Below are positions 23,487 through 36,779 of a DNA stretch of 64,000 nucleotides, in pieces; positions within the stretch are counted from its first letter, which is position 1; every line of letters begins with the position of its first letter. Location of the stretch: the NCBI RefSeq assembly GCF_009914755.1, contig NC_060929.1; one strand, written 5' to 3'. The position numbers were made by a program, and so were the translations under genes. The stretch is from the human T2T-CHM13v2.0 reference genome, Homo sapiens. The notes under the pieces were generated by a model. That model ran no database searches. It saw only the letters and a list, made by a program, of their open reading frames with translations, and had not been told where the DNA came from.

Positions 23487-25637
23487 AATATTAGCCACCA
23501 CTGTCTTCTGGCTTGTAGGGTTTCTGCAGAGAGATCCACTGTTAGTCTGATGGGCTTTCCTTTGTGGGTAACCCGACATTTCTCTCTGTCTGCCCTTAAC
23601 ATTTTTTCCTTCATTTCAACCTTAGTGAATCTGATAATTATTATGTGTCTTGGGGTTGCTTTTCTCAAGGAGTATCTTTGTGGTGTTCTCTGTATTTCCT
23701 GAATTTGAATGTTGGCCTGTCTTGTTAGGCTGGGGAAGTTCTTCTGGATAATATTCTGAAGAGTTTTTTCCAACTTGGTTCCATTCTTCCTGTCACTTTC
23801 AGGTATAGCAATCAAATGTAGGTTTGGGCTTTTCCCGTAGTCCCATATTTCTTGGAGTCTTTGTTCATTCCTTTTTATTCTTTATTCTCTAATCTTGTCT
23901 TCATGCTTTATTTCATTAAGTTGATCTTCAATCTCTGATAGCCTTTCTTCCGCTTGATTGATTCAGCTATTGATACTTGTGTATTCTTTACAAAGTTCTC
24001 ATGTTGTGTTTTTCAGCTCCATCACGTCATTTATGTTCTTCTCTAAACTGGTTATTCTAGTTAGCAGTTCCTCTAAGCTTTCTTGAAGGTTCTTAGCTTC
24101 CTTGCATTGGGTTAGAACAGGATCCTTTAGCTCAGAAGAGTTTATTACCCACCCTCTGAAGCCTACTTTTGTCAATTCTTCAAATTCATTCTCCATCCAG
24201 CTTTGTTCTTTTACTGGAGAGGAGTTGCGATCCTTTGGAGGAGGAGAGGCATTCTGGTTATTGCAATTTTCAGCCCGTTTGTATTGGTTTTTCCTCATCT
24301 TGTGGATTTATCTACCTTTGGTCTTTGATGTTGGTGTCCTTTGGATGGGGTTTGTGTGTGGACATCCTTTTTGTTAATGTTGATGCTATTCCTTTCTGTT
24401 TGTTAGTTTTCCTTCTAACGTTTAGGCCCCTCTGCTGCAGGTGTGCTGGTAATTGCTAGAAGTTCACTCCAGACCCTGTTTTCCTGGGTATCGCCAGCAG
24501 AGGCTACAGAACAGCAAAGATTGCTGCCCGTTCCTTCCTCTGAAAGCTTAGTCACAGAGGGCCATCTGCCAGATGCCAGCCAGAGCTCTCCTGTATGAGG
24601 TATCTGTCAACCCCTGCTGGGAGGTGTCTCAAGGTCAGGAGGCACAGGGGTCAGGGACACACTTGAGGCAGTCTGTCTCTTAGCAGAGCTCTAGAACTGT
24701 GCTGGGAGATCCGCTGCTCTCTTCAGAGCCAACAGGCAGGAACATTTAAGTCTGCTGAAACTGCACCCACAGCCGGCCCTTCCCTCAGGTGCTCTGTCCC
24801 AGGGAGACGGGGCGTTTTATCTATAAGCCCCTGACTGGAACTCCTGCCTTTCTTTCAGAGATGCTCTGCCCAGAGAGGAGAAATCTAGAGAGGCAGTCTG
24901 GCTACAGTGGCTTTGCGGAGCTGGAGTGGGCTCTGCCAAGTTCAAACTTCCCAGTTGCTTTGTTTACAGTTGAGGGGAAAACTGCCTACTCAAGCCTCAG
25001 TAATGGTGGACGCCCCTCCCCTCACCAAGCTCGAGCGTCCCAGTTCAACCTCACACTGCTGTGTTGGCCGCAAAAATTTCAAGCCAGTAGATCTTAGCTT
25101 GCTGGGCTCCATGGGGGTGGGACCCACTGAGCTAGACCACTTGGCTCCCTGGCTTCAGCCCCCTTTCCAGGGGAGTGAAAGGTTCTGTCTTGCTGGCATT
25201 TCAGGTACCACCAGGGTAAGAAAAAAAAACTCCTGCAGCTAGCTTGGTGTCTTTCCAAATGACCATCCAGTTTTGTGCTTGAAACCCTGGGCCCTGGTGG
25301 CATAGGCACCCTAGGGAATCTCCTGGTCTGTAGATTGTAAAGAATGTGGGAAAAGCCTAGTATCTGAGCCGGAGTGCACTGTTCCTCACTGCACAGTCTC
25401 TCACGGCTTCCCTTGGCTAGGGGAGGGAGCTCCCCAACTCCTTGGGCTTCCTGGGTAAGGCCACGCCCCACCCTGCTTAGGCTCTCCCTCCGTGGGCTGC
25501 ACCCACTGTCTAACCAGTCCCAGTGAGACGAGCTGGGCACCTCAGTTGGAAATGCAGAAGTCACCTGCCTTGTGCATTGATCTCGCTGGGAGCTGCAGAA
25601 TGGAGCTTTTCTTATTTGGCCATCTTTGGTCACCTCC
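23487..25637 (-). mobile_element. L1PA (about PA7-8) 5'UTR plus partial ORF1; 3' part missing
   Basis: Starts ..aagatggccaaataagaaaagctcc; ORF1 pieces 23999..24298 (MRKNQYKRAENCNNQNASPPPKD) and 23459..23815 (TPRHIIIIRFTKVEMKEKML..DLSAETLQARRQW). Confidence 0.93.
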
Positions 25638-25649
25638 AATATTAATGAT

Positions 25650-25698
25650 TATGATTCAACATGGGATTTTGGTGGGGACACACATCCGAACTATTTCA
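25650..25698 (-). mobile_element. MST/MLT1A-type MaLR LTR terminal fragment
   Basis: ttcaacatgggattttggtggggacacacatccgaactatttca. Confidence 0.65.
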
Positions 25699-26824
25699 GA
25701 AAGCAAATCAAATTATAAAAAGAAATATATGTAAGATCAACTTGTTAAATAATATAAATTGAAATACATAACATATTTGTAAAAATAATTTTAAAATAGC
25801 AGACTCAGGATTCGTGTGGCATTTAAAATAATTAAAACATTGTAGGACTAGACATGTTTATAGCCTGTGTTTAAAAAGTAAGTCATCCAACAAAGAAAAA
25901 AATAAAAAAACTTAATGAAGTCCTTTAGTATTTGTGCTAGATGGTGTAAAATTATATATAATCTGTAGTCATCATCATTATTCTGAAGATGGCATGCAAA
26001 AATCGATATGAAGATTTCCATTTGATAAGAAAAATATATTCTAAAATAATCAAGAGAATAGATACAACTTTTTGTCGTGAGAATAAGATTCTGAATTTTT
26101 TACAGTTGTAGAGGTTGTAATGTACAAAAAGTCTGTGCTTCATATCCCTCAGGTATGACAAGTTAAAAATTATGTGAGAATGGAAGATACACTTTATAAA
26201 CTAGCAAGCTCATAATTGTTAGAGTACTCATGCAGAGCTTAAATTCTTGTGGACTTGTACTGTTGGGGAAATGAGTCCTAAAAATGTCTGAACTCTCATT
26301 TGAAGATATAATTTTGTGATTTTATGCCTATGCTAATGACTTCTCATTAGGTAGTATACATATAATTTTTATTTAAAATATAATGAAGTGTGATTTTATA
26401 TCAGTTAAATAGTTAATATATAAGCAGTAAGTAGTTTGGAATTGTGTAACAGAAAAGTCAACTGAAACTTTTGCAAGCATAATTGATTGGGTCATTAAAT
26501 GAATTTTTTATATAAAATAGATATTAGAAAGATTGAAAAGTGGCCAAAGGGCCTTTGTGATTCTACTTTGTAATATAAAGGATGGTTTCTTACTACGGTT
26601 GGTGTCCTTGCAGGAGTGGGAATATCATTGTAATATTCAACCCAACATGCTTCCTCAGAAAGTCCAGCTAGATTTTAATGATGCTTTCTGAAGTTCTTCC
26701 AAAAACAAAAAATAATAAGGAACCTTCTTTCCCAAAAGATACAAACATGCCTATCCTCATATATCACTGACCTGAATGGACCACAGTCTTTTCTAGTAAA
26801 AGACTGCAGCAAGAGTTATGAAAC

Positions 26825-27778
26825 TGTTATAAGACCAACAGGTTTGTAGGACTGCTGCACAGCAACAGATCAATACGCTGAGACAGCAGAACTTGCAGCA
26901 GAGAAAGAGTTTAATGATCACAGGGCACTGAGCGAGGGATGGAAGGAGATCCTCAAATCCATCCCATCTTCTGGTTTTGGGATTTTGAGGGGATCGTGGA
27001 GGGCAAGGAACTGGAAATTTGGGGTCATTGATTGGTATGGCTATTGGGATGCGGAAACTGCATTTTATGTTGAGTCAGCTATTTGTAGGATCTTTCAGAC
27101 CCGCTAGCATTAGTAGTTTCACTGGTATGCAGAACCTAAAAGAATATCTCAAAAGGAAAAGTTAATATTTCTTAATATTCAAGTTGTTATCTATAGAGCA
27201 GTTAAGGCAATTATAATCTTGTAACAGGGTCTATGTGATTCTGAGGCAATAAGCAAGCAACTATGAGGGAGTAAGTCAGAGAGTGTATTAGTCTGTTCTC
27301 ACACTGCCATAAAAAACTACCTGAGACTGGGTGATTTATGATGAAAAGAGGTTTAATTGACTCACAATTCTATAGGCTGTACAGAAACCATGGGTAAGAG
27401 GCCTCAGGAAACTTACAATCAGGGAAGAAGGCAAAGGGGAAGCAAGCATGTCTTACCATAGCAAAGCAGGAGGGGAGAGCAGGGAGGGAATTGCCACACA
27501 CCTCTACACCATCAGATCTCACAAGAACTCACTATTATGACTGATAACAGGAAGGGGGAAGGGATCCCTCATGATCCAATCACTTCCCACCAGTTCCCTC
27601 TCCCAACACATGGGGATTACAATTCAAGATGAGATTTGGGTGGGGACACACAGCCAAACCATATCAGAGAGCAAGATGACCCAATGATTAATGCTTAATA
27701 TGCTGCAAGTTTGGTTTATTTTCATTTCTCCCCTCTTTTTTCCTGATTAATTTCATAAAGTTTATAGGGATGGTTTTG
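26825..27778 (-). mobile_element. ERV1 solo LTR (LTR26-like) interrupted by MSTA
   Basis: Reverse complement begins ..aaaccatccctataaactttatgaaattaatcagg; ATTAAA near 26910. Confidence 0.6.
27284..27666 (-). mobile_element. MSTA MaLR solo LTR
   Basis: tgtattagtctgttctcacactgc...ggggacacacagccaaaccatatca; perfect GAGAG 5-bp TSD. Confidence 0.92.
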
Positions 27779-28649
27779 AATTTTTTCCAATTAGTTTCAT
27801 CACACTTTAGTCATGAAATGAATGTGGAATCATGTGATCCTACAACTCATGTAGTGCATGAGGAAATAGTGGACATTTGAATAAACCAGGGTTCTGTTTC
27901 AAGGGATGAAAGAGAAAGGAAGAGTTGATTTTGGAAAAGTTACAAAAAAAATTACACGGTGTAAAACAAAAAATATTAGCTTGTTTAAATAATGCATCTG
28001 ACATAAAACATTTTGCTGCACTTATGAGATACTGTTACTGTTAGAAATTTTAATGTGAAATATTATAATAGAGTATCATTGATACTAATATAAAATACTT
28101 CAAAAATTATAAAAATAATTACATTTTTGGACAGCCAAATTAGTGGTAGTCACCTCATTGTGAAGTTCTCCATAAATCTTGTCAAATCTTCTGACACATT
28201 TTGTAGATCATATTAAACTATGCCAAAAGTCATGGCTTCAGAAAAACTTCAAGGAAGGGAACCCTACATACTTTAATAAACTGGTGAATTGAAAAATCTA
28301 TTTCTAGCAGAGAAAACAGTTGAGATCATGCTGCAAGTCTTCGTGGGGAGCAAGAAGATGAAAACAAAGTACCAAAACAAAAGAAGCAAACAAGTAAAAC
28401 AACACAGAAACAAAAACCAAAACAAAACATGTATGGAAGAGAGAACGTGACATTGAGGGCATAGAGTGCACAGACACAAGTGAGGTAGTCTTGGGCAAAA
28501 GATGCTTCTGAAGGAGAAGCAAGTGAAAGGGAAGCTGGTGGAGGTGAACTTTGAAAGCAGCTGGCAAAGGAAAAAGAAACAGAAAAGGAGAGCACAGGAT
28601 TCTGAGAAACAAGACTTGGGCCAAGGGAATAGAGTGAGCCTTAAATATA

Positions 28650-30420
28650 CTTCATTCTAGATCTAAGATTCCAGTAAAACAGGAAAAAGGGTGAAAACTA
28701 AGATATAAATATTGAACATACTGTCGCAATAGAAATAATGCAACTAAAACCACGGGAGGGAAACAAAGTGGGGAAGAGAAACAGCACATTAATGGTAGAA
28801 GCAGTAGATGGAAATCAAAAACATCATTGCCACTAACACAAGGATAATAAAAGGGTAAATACAGAAACAGGGGGTTAAGTGTTCCAAAAAACATATAAGC
28901 ACAAAGGTAACCACTAGAACAAAAATATAAACATTTTTAGATTCCAAAAGAATTTACAAAGAACAAAAGACAGCACCCAGTACAAAAAATAAAGCAGGGC
29001 GAACATAATATATTACACATAGTAATAATTATAACAGAATAATAAGACAGAGAATACATCAAACTGACCTATCCCATCAATAAAAAAATTATAAAATTAG
29101 CCAGTTATTTACAAAAAATATTTTTAATTTAACTTACAAAGATTTGTTTACTGTATATAAGACACAATGCATTAACACAAGGTAATTCAGGTGGCTAAAA
29201 ATAAAGAGATTGACAAAAGAATACCAGATAAATGAAAATAAAAAGAAAGCAGAATTTGTGTTTTTAATAATAAACATCTTAAAATGCATGCCAAAATAAC
29301 TGAAGGAGCCAAGGGAAGACTGCGTTTCAGTGTTAAATAATGAATCACAGTAAAGATGTAAACCAGTATACACAAGCAGCAGATAAGACAGAAACTTTGT
29401 AAAGCAGAAACAATAGTAGATTCAAGGAACCATAGATAGAAATAAACTTATAAAAGTAAAATAAATAAAAAGTCACCACTGTCAGCATAATACTGATAAA
29501 ACTGACAATATGCAAGACCTAACTGCATCATGAATAAAGTCATTGGTAAATACAGATATCAAACTATATACCCTAATAATAGAGAATATAAATTATTTTT
29601 ATGCACTTAGAACATTTATTTTTTTAATTTTATGAAGAGAACAGCAATAAATGCCATAGAGTAGAAATATTTTTTAAAGTTTCCAATAATAATACATTAA
29701 AACCAGATATCTGATAGTAACTGCAAAGCCAAAGGCCATTTTAACTGAAAATTAAATAGAAATATTATATTCAATACCTCTTGCTTAAAATTGGTATATA
29801 AAAAATGTAATGAAAGAATCATAATCATACCATATTACTACATGTTGTGTATCTAAAACAGTGAAATGCCTAGGTTTATGCCTGAAGCACATATAATCAA
29901 AAATTTAAAAAATTAAATCCAATCTCAACACAGCAAAAAAGTACAAGGACAGAAATCATATAAAATCAGAAATTATAAGAACAAAAACAGATGAAATTAC
30001 TAATTATAAGTCCTCTTTTTGATTAAATAATAAAACAACCTACTATCTAACATAATAAAGATGGAATAAAAATCTAGAAAAATTAAGATGTGACAAAGAA
30101 ATAACTATTGCAACAAATTACATTAGCAAACAACAGATTTTGCAATCTTTATCTAAATAAATTGAAAACAAAAAATAGAAGTATATAATTTATCAAATTT
30201 GAGCCCATATAAAGTCTAAAACTTCAAATATATCGATTTCTATAGATGAAGAGAAATAGTTATTAACAGATTATACTGTATAAAAGCAATAATTCTGGCT
30301 AGTTTAATCTTCAAAAACCACATAGGCTTAGTACTCAATGAATTATTCCAGAGCATATAGAATGAAGAAAAATGTCCAAATTATTTTTATGACTAAAGGG
30401 TAACATTTATACCTAATTTT
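28650..30420 (+). mobile_element. Highly degraded L1M (inter-ORF/ORF2) remnant
   Basis: Strong A bias with L1 motifs (aaaggtaaccactagaa, ataccctaataatagagaatata). Confidence 0.5.
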
Positions 30421-30424
30421 GAAA

Positions 30425-30580
30425 TTTTAGCTTCCTAGAGCCGCTTTCATAAAATTCCATAACCTGAGGAACGTAAAGAACAGACATTTATTGTCTTACA
30501 GTTCTGGAAACTGGAAGTCCCAATTTAAGGACTCAGCAGAGCCATGCTCCCTCTGAAACCTTAGGGGAATTTTTCCTAGC
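30425..30580 (-). mobile_element. MLT1C/D fragment
   Basis: aacagacatttattgtcttacagttctggaaactggaagtcc...gccatgctccctctgaaacc. Confidence 0.7.
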
Positions 30581-30689
30581 ATCATAAGAAAAGCAGTCAT
30601 GGTTTTCTTTGCACTAAAGTGCGAGATACAAATAAAGACAATTTGCACTCATCAATTAAAGTTAATTCAAAAGAACATTCTGAATCATT

Positions 30690-30925
30690 TTATATAATAC
30701 ATATTTATAATTATAAATTATTTTAAATATATAAAATATGTATTTTATATAATACATATTTATAATTAAATAATTAAACAATTTATAATTAACTTATTCA
30801 AATAAATTTAAATAATTAATTTATTTAAATAATTTATTTAAATTAAATAAATTTAAATAATTGAATGATTTATTTAAATTAAATAATTCAAAAATATTTA
30901 AAGAGTATTGATATAAAATAAAACA
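30690..30925. repeat. Extremely AT-rich low-complexity tract
   Basis: Reiterated atttaaataa/ttatttaaat motifs with almost no G/C. Confidence 0.85.
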
Positions 30926-32659
30926 TATTTGAAAGTTCTATCAGGATTCTAACAGTCTCTGCTTAGTTATAAATCAATCAAGCATTTTGAAAATATTCAA
31001 TATATAATTCAAGTACCAAGAAGATATAAGAAAAAATATTTCTATGGTTGTAGACTTATGATCAAATTTGTGGCAAACTGTACATCTACTAAATGAGAAA
31101 ATAAATTAGAGGACATAAATTTGAAAACTGATAAATATTTCAGTATGTCAAATAAAACTATCTTTCTGATTTACCTAAAATGTAGAATTCAAAGCTTAGG
31201 ATATGGTGTATTGGGTTTTGTTTATCTTGAAGTTTTGGAAAAAGCAGCATCTGAAATAATATATCAAAATTTATTATCAGTGTGCAATGGATTAAATATT
31301 GTATTCATGTATAGAGAGTGACCATAAGATGTGAGGTACAAAGTCTAGAGTTGTGGTCAAATACTTAGAAAAATTATGGAAAGTTATATTTACCTCTGTG
31401 TTAGTCTATTTATCTGTACGTAATTAAAAGATATAAATTAATTATCGCATTATCTTATTGTTATATTGGATATTTTGTAATCTTCATCAAAGAAGATAAA
31501 GATTTTAATAACACATTTGAAAAGTTGGGACTTAAAATTATAAAACATAGACAGTATCTGTAGCTTGAATGGAATTGTGTCTGGATGGATACATAAATCA
31601 AGCTGACATTTTAGCAAGTCTCAGATATTCATTGTTACAGAAATAGAGATTCGAAACTATTTGGATATTTGACAAAAAAGCCATACGTTTTATCTTAATA
31701 TATTACATTATGACAGAGATGCAAATAGTCATTTAATGGTACAATAAATATTTGATTAATCCAAACTGGCAAATTTATTGGAGCAAAAGAGTGATTCCAT
31801 AATTTAGATTGAGATATTGAATAAAAAATATATATATAATGAATCAGTATAATAGGCTAGTATGCATAAAGAGTTAAATTTCTTCTGATTTGAAGTATGT
31901 ATAAAGCACCTAGTTAGCCTATTTTTAGAGTAGCTGTAAGGTGTTCAGGCATTACTAACTTTGCAGAGATGACATTAGAAGACAGAAAAAAAGAGCTGGT
32001 ATGATTTTCACTTAATAAGAAGCTTAATTATTCCTTGTAGCTCAAGCTTGAACAAATGGTTGTATTAGTTCTGCATAGCATATGATGAATTTTGATTGTG
32101 ACCTTACTTACAAGTGAATACTTTTCTCTAATAGAGAATATAACTTATTTTATCTAAACATTGTATATTTATTATTCACTGTAAACTTTTGTGATAATGG
32201 AAATGCAAACAAAACACCCCCTGTAGAAGTTATTGATGTTGTACTTAGAAAAGTATAGTATGATATGTACTATTTGATTGGCCGTGTGATTTTATAATAT
32301 ATAGTATAAGCATATATATCTTGAATTCTTAATATTTTTGTTCTATCATCATACACGGACAGTACTATGCTTTATTTTAAAAAACAATATTTATGTGTAT
32401 TTAAGTATTACATTTACAATAACTATTCGTTATCCCCTATAAATATAAGACTTTGCATTTATAAGATCTATATTGCATCATATAATAATAAAATAAATAA
32501 AATGTATATACTAATGCATATATAAAAATATATACATATACATAAGCTAACATATAAACATATCCTCATGACTAGATACACTCTATTGGAAGATTTTAAA
32601 ATGGAAATTAAGTTTTTAAAAATTATTTTGAACTGAATCTTTCGGGGCAGAGGAGTCTG

Positions 32660-32825
32660 TACCCTCTAAGCACAATTTATCCTTTGTGTTACAACAATTC
32701 AATTACACTCTTATAATTATTTTAAAAGGCACAATTAAATTATTATTGACTATATTCATTCATTGTGATATCAAATAGTAGGTCATTCTTTCTTTCTATT
32801 TTTTTAACCTATTAATCATCCCATT
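32660..32825 (-). mobile_element. L1MA (about MA2) 3'UTR fragment
   Basis: aagcacaatttatcctttgtgttacaacaattcaattacactc...atcaaatagtaggtc. Confidence 0.7.
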
Positions 32826-33019
32826 AATCATGAGTTTGAGTTTTTGACATTGTGTTGTAAGCCCTTCTCACCCAAAGGCTTAAGTGTATTACATATGTAT
32901 TCCCCAACTTTTAAATTACCAAACATAGATAGATTTCCTCCATAGACAAAGCCATTATTCTGACTTTTCTGGTAATAATTTCTTTGCTTTATTCAGAATT
33001 TCATAACCTGTCATATATT

Positions 33020-33642
33020 TATAGTTTGGGGAAAATGACCACAAATTTAGTGGCTTAAAATAACACCCCTTCATTATTTCACAGTTCTATTGACAAGAAG
33101 CAGGGCAAGATGTGCCTGAATTAGCTGTTCATGGTATATCACAAAGTTGAAATCAAGGTGCTGGCCAGGTTGAGTTCTGGTTCAGAAGCTCTAGGATAAA
33201 GTCTGCTTCCAAGATCCTGTAGATTATTGGTATTATCTAGTTCCTTGCTGGTTGTCAGCTGGAAGTAGATCTCAGCTCTGAGAAGCTGTTCTCAGGTCCT
33301 TTTCAGGCAACCTCCTCCATCTTCAAGCCAGCAACTGCTTGTGGAATTCTACTTATGTTTCACATTTTTCTGCCTTCCTTCCCTGCAACAAATCCTTTAA
33401 AATAAACTATGCTATTAAAGAGATAAATCCCTTTAAAAGAAACTATGCTATAAAAGAGATAATGTTATTAGATTAGGATTATGCAAATAATCTTCCTATT
33501 TTAGGGTCAACTCTGCCCTTTAGCATAATCTAATCACAAAAGTGTTATACATCATATTCAGAGTTCCAGGGAATATGCAGAATGGTGTATACCAAGTGGG
33601 GAGGAAAATCTTGTGGGCAGTCATAAAATTTTGCCTATCACA
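33020..33642 (-). mobile_element. MLT1E-like MaLR LTR
   Basis: accacaaatttagtggcttaaaataacac...aaattttgcctatcaca. Confidence 0.7.
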
Positions 33643-34190
33643 TTGCTTATGTATTATTCTTCCCTAAATATTGCATAAAGTTTTCTGGTCTTGAGTTTTA
33701 CATAAATTGTATCAAACTGAATTTATGCTGGTACTTATACATTTTTCCTGCAGTCTTAGGTTTGTGAGAATTCTTTTTGATACTGAAATTGCACTAGTTT
33801 ATTAGCTATTGTTGCAATATAATACTCAATGGTATAAAAATATGAAAAACTAATTTGTCCTTTCTCCTAGTGATAAAAATCTGGTTTGATTCCAATTTGG
33901 AGCAATTAAGTATAAAGCTAACATAAGTATTCATGTATGCATATCTTGACATATATATATACCAGAGTTCTTTAAGAATATACATTTAGAAACAGTTTTT
34001 GGACCCCATTTTGTCACCTTTTCAAATTTCTTCATAATAACAAACCATTTTCAAAAGTGTTTCAGCCAATTAATACATCAAAAATCAGTTTATGAATTTC
34101 TGTGTTTTTACAACTCTGCCAACACGTGGTTGTGGTGGCCCTTCAAAAACAAAAATGTGTTTGCTAATTAGGTGAATATGTAAATGTATC

Positions 34191-34808
34191 TGTAATGGTC
34201 AATATCAAGTGTCAACTTGATTGGATTGAAAGAGGAAAAGTGTTGTTCCTGGGTGTGTCTGTGAGGGTGTTGCTAGAAGAGATTAACATTTGAGTCAGTG
34301 GACTGGGAGAGGCAGACCCACCCTCAATGTGGGCGGGCGTGATCCAATTGGTTACAGGTACAGCTAGCAGCAGGTGGAAGAAGGTGGTATAAGCTGGCTG
34401 GCTGAGTCTTCTGGCTTTCATCTTTCCCTGGTGATGGATGCTTCCTGCCCTTGAGCATTAGACTTCAGGTTCTTTAGCTTTTAACTATTGGACTTAGACC
34501 AGTGGCTTGCCATGGGCCACAAGCTGAAGGCTACACTATCGGCTTCCCTACTTTTGAGGTTTTGGGACTTGGACTGAGCCACTACTGGTTTCCTTGCTCC
34601 TCAGCTTGCAGATGGCCTATCGTGGGACTTCACCTCCTGATGATGTGAGTCAGTTCCCCCTAATAAACTCCCTTTCATATATATGTGTGTGTGTGTGTTT
34701 GTATATATATTTATGTGTGTGTATATATACACACACACACACACACATACATACATATGTATATGTATTCTATTGGTTTTGTCCCTCTCGAGAACCCTGA
34801 CTCATACA
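34191..34808 (+). mobile_element. MLT2A (HERV-L) solo LTR with internal TG/CA microsatellite
   Basis: tgtaatggtcaatatcaagtgtcaacttgattggattga...agaaccctgactcataca; perfect GTATC TSD; AATAAA near 34662. Confidence 0.92.
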
Positions 34809-35318
34809 GTATCTCATTATGGTTTGAATTCACTGTTCTATTATTAATAATGAGATTTTAAGTATCTTTAATTTTTTTGGTTATCTGTCTTTACTAATTT
34901 TGAAGTTCTTATATTTTACTTACTGATTTCTAAAATCTTTCACCTCCCCTACTGCACCCTTATCCCACTTATTCAAAATGCACATTGCAAAAATTTACTC
35001 AGGCTTGTCTTTAATGTTTTTCCTTTTTAAGTCCTAAATTTGCATGGAATATATGGATAGAGATAGTAATAGAAATTCAATTTCATGATGTTTTCCACAT
35101 AGGATACCAGTTTTACTCAAATAGCAACATGAAAGGAAAGAGAGAAAAATATAAAAGCATCTTAAATAATTTCTATGACAAAAATAACAATAATCAAAAC
35201 TAAATAAACCTTAGTAATGAAGTGTCATCCATATTATTGCAAATGAGATAAAAATGAGAGAGACATGTAAATATTGGGGTCAGAAAATTCATGTTACATG
35301 TATTTCAAGTGTGTAAAG

Positions 35319-35529
35319 CAAGGATTAGCAAACTGTGGCCTCTGTGTCAAATGTTTCTGTACGTAAGATTTTATTGGAACATAGTCACATCCATCTACTC
35401 TCCTGTTGTGTATAGTTACTTTTATGTTGCAATGACAGAGTTAGGTAGTTGTAACAGAGAATGCGTGGTTTCCAAAATCTAAAATATTTTCTATCTGCCA
35501 CTTTACAAAAGAAGTTTGCCAATCCCTTG
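35319..35529 (+). mobile_element. MER58A hAT-Charlie MITE
   Basis: Terminal inverted repeats caaggattagcaaact / agtttgccaatccctt; 8-bp TSD-like gtgtaaag/gtctaaag. Confidence 0.82.
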
Positions 35530-36123
35530 TCTAAAGAATAATGTAGAGTGCTATGAATAAGCACTACTTTTTGTGTATGAAATGTAAAATAAAAGATATT
35601 TTATATAAAAGTTATATAAAAGTTATTTTGAAACATTTTATAGCCATAGGATAACTACTGAGCCTTTTACAGAATATGTATTACAAAGCCTGATTTATAT
35701 ACTTCTGCCATTTTTTATTGTTATGTAATAAAGTTACTCTTTAGTACCCACTAATTAAGCTTTAGGGTCAAAATCCATCCCTATTAGGTCTATATGGTGT
35801 TCCACAAGCTCACAGGGTGAGTCCCTCCTTTACTTGCTTATGCGTTTGCCTGTTACACCTATTTTTATTCATTCTAAAGGATAGATCCTCTCCTTAAAAG
35901 ACCAGAAACCATGATACTTGATGTATAAAATCTTTTCTTTTTAACCGTCCTTTAATTATGTCATTTCCCAAGTAATACACTTTTTATGTTCATTCCACTA
36001 ATTTTTTCTTGTAAAAGGTTCATCTTGAATTGTTCACATTTTCATCACTTATGTGCCTGTGGATTAAACATCATCTCAATAGATTATGTTAGGCAACTGA
36101 TTACTAAGCAGTTATTCAATAAA

Positions 36124-36290
36124 CATCTTTGTTAAAGGCATTATGTGAATAACTGGTCACCCTTTGTTAAAAGCATTATGTGAATAACTGGTTAAGCAAA
36201 AAATAGACTGTTACCTTTGTTAAAGTCATCTTTGTTAAGGGCATTATGCCAATAACCAGTTAAGCAAAAAAAAAAAAAAAAAATAGACTA
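36124..36290. repeat. Complex serial duplication
   Basis: ctttgttaaa(g)gcattatgtgaataactggt repeated about 3 times; taagcaaaaaatagact x2. Confidence 0.8.
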
Positions 36291-36419
36291 CTCTAATACT
36301 GGTTTCAAAACAGCCTGAATTTGCTCATGAGTGTTAACAGTTTCTTCGTAGTTTTCCCTGGGTAAAGACAGGAACAATTGAATGTAATTTGGATTCCCTA
36401 AACCCAGCTTGGCTTAACA

Positions 36420-36590
36420 ACTTTTTATTTTATGCTTTTAATTGACATATAATAATTTTACATATTTATGGGGTACATAGTGATGTTTTAAAAAAATAAT
36501 ATATTATGATCAGATTATAGAAATTAGCATATCCATTTTCTCAAATATTTACCATGTTTTTGTATTAGGAACATTCAATATCTTCCTTGT
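36420..36590 (-). mobile_element. L1MA (about MA7-9) 3' terminal fragment
   Basis: ttttaattgacatataataatttacatatttatggggtacatagtgatg. Confidence 0.8.
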
Positions 36591-36631
36591 AACTTTTTAA
36601 AAAAGGATTAGATCTATTATTACATATATTG

Positions 36632-36735
36632 TGTGATGGTTAATTTTATGTGTCAACTTGCCTGGGCTAAAGGATGTCCAGAAAGCTGGTAAAACATTAT
36701 TTCTGGGTCTGTCTGTGGAGGTGTTTCCAGAAGAC
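36632..36735 (+). mobile_element. MLT2B/D LTR 5' fragment
   Basis: tgtgatggttaattttatgtgtcaacttgcctgggctaaagg. Confidence 0.8.
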
Positions 36736-36779
36736 TATATACAATGTATTACATGGTTTATAGTTCAAGCGTTTTATCC

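Noticed and set aside
25094-25639. 181-aa ORF
   Set aside because: Lies in the L1 5'UTR with a non-ATG start; repeat-derived.
26585-26620. Possible plus-strand splice acceptor (ggtgtccttgcag|gag) for an LTR12 transcript
   Set aside because: Such motifs are common by chance and there is no transcript evidence here.
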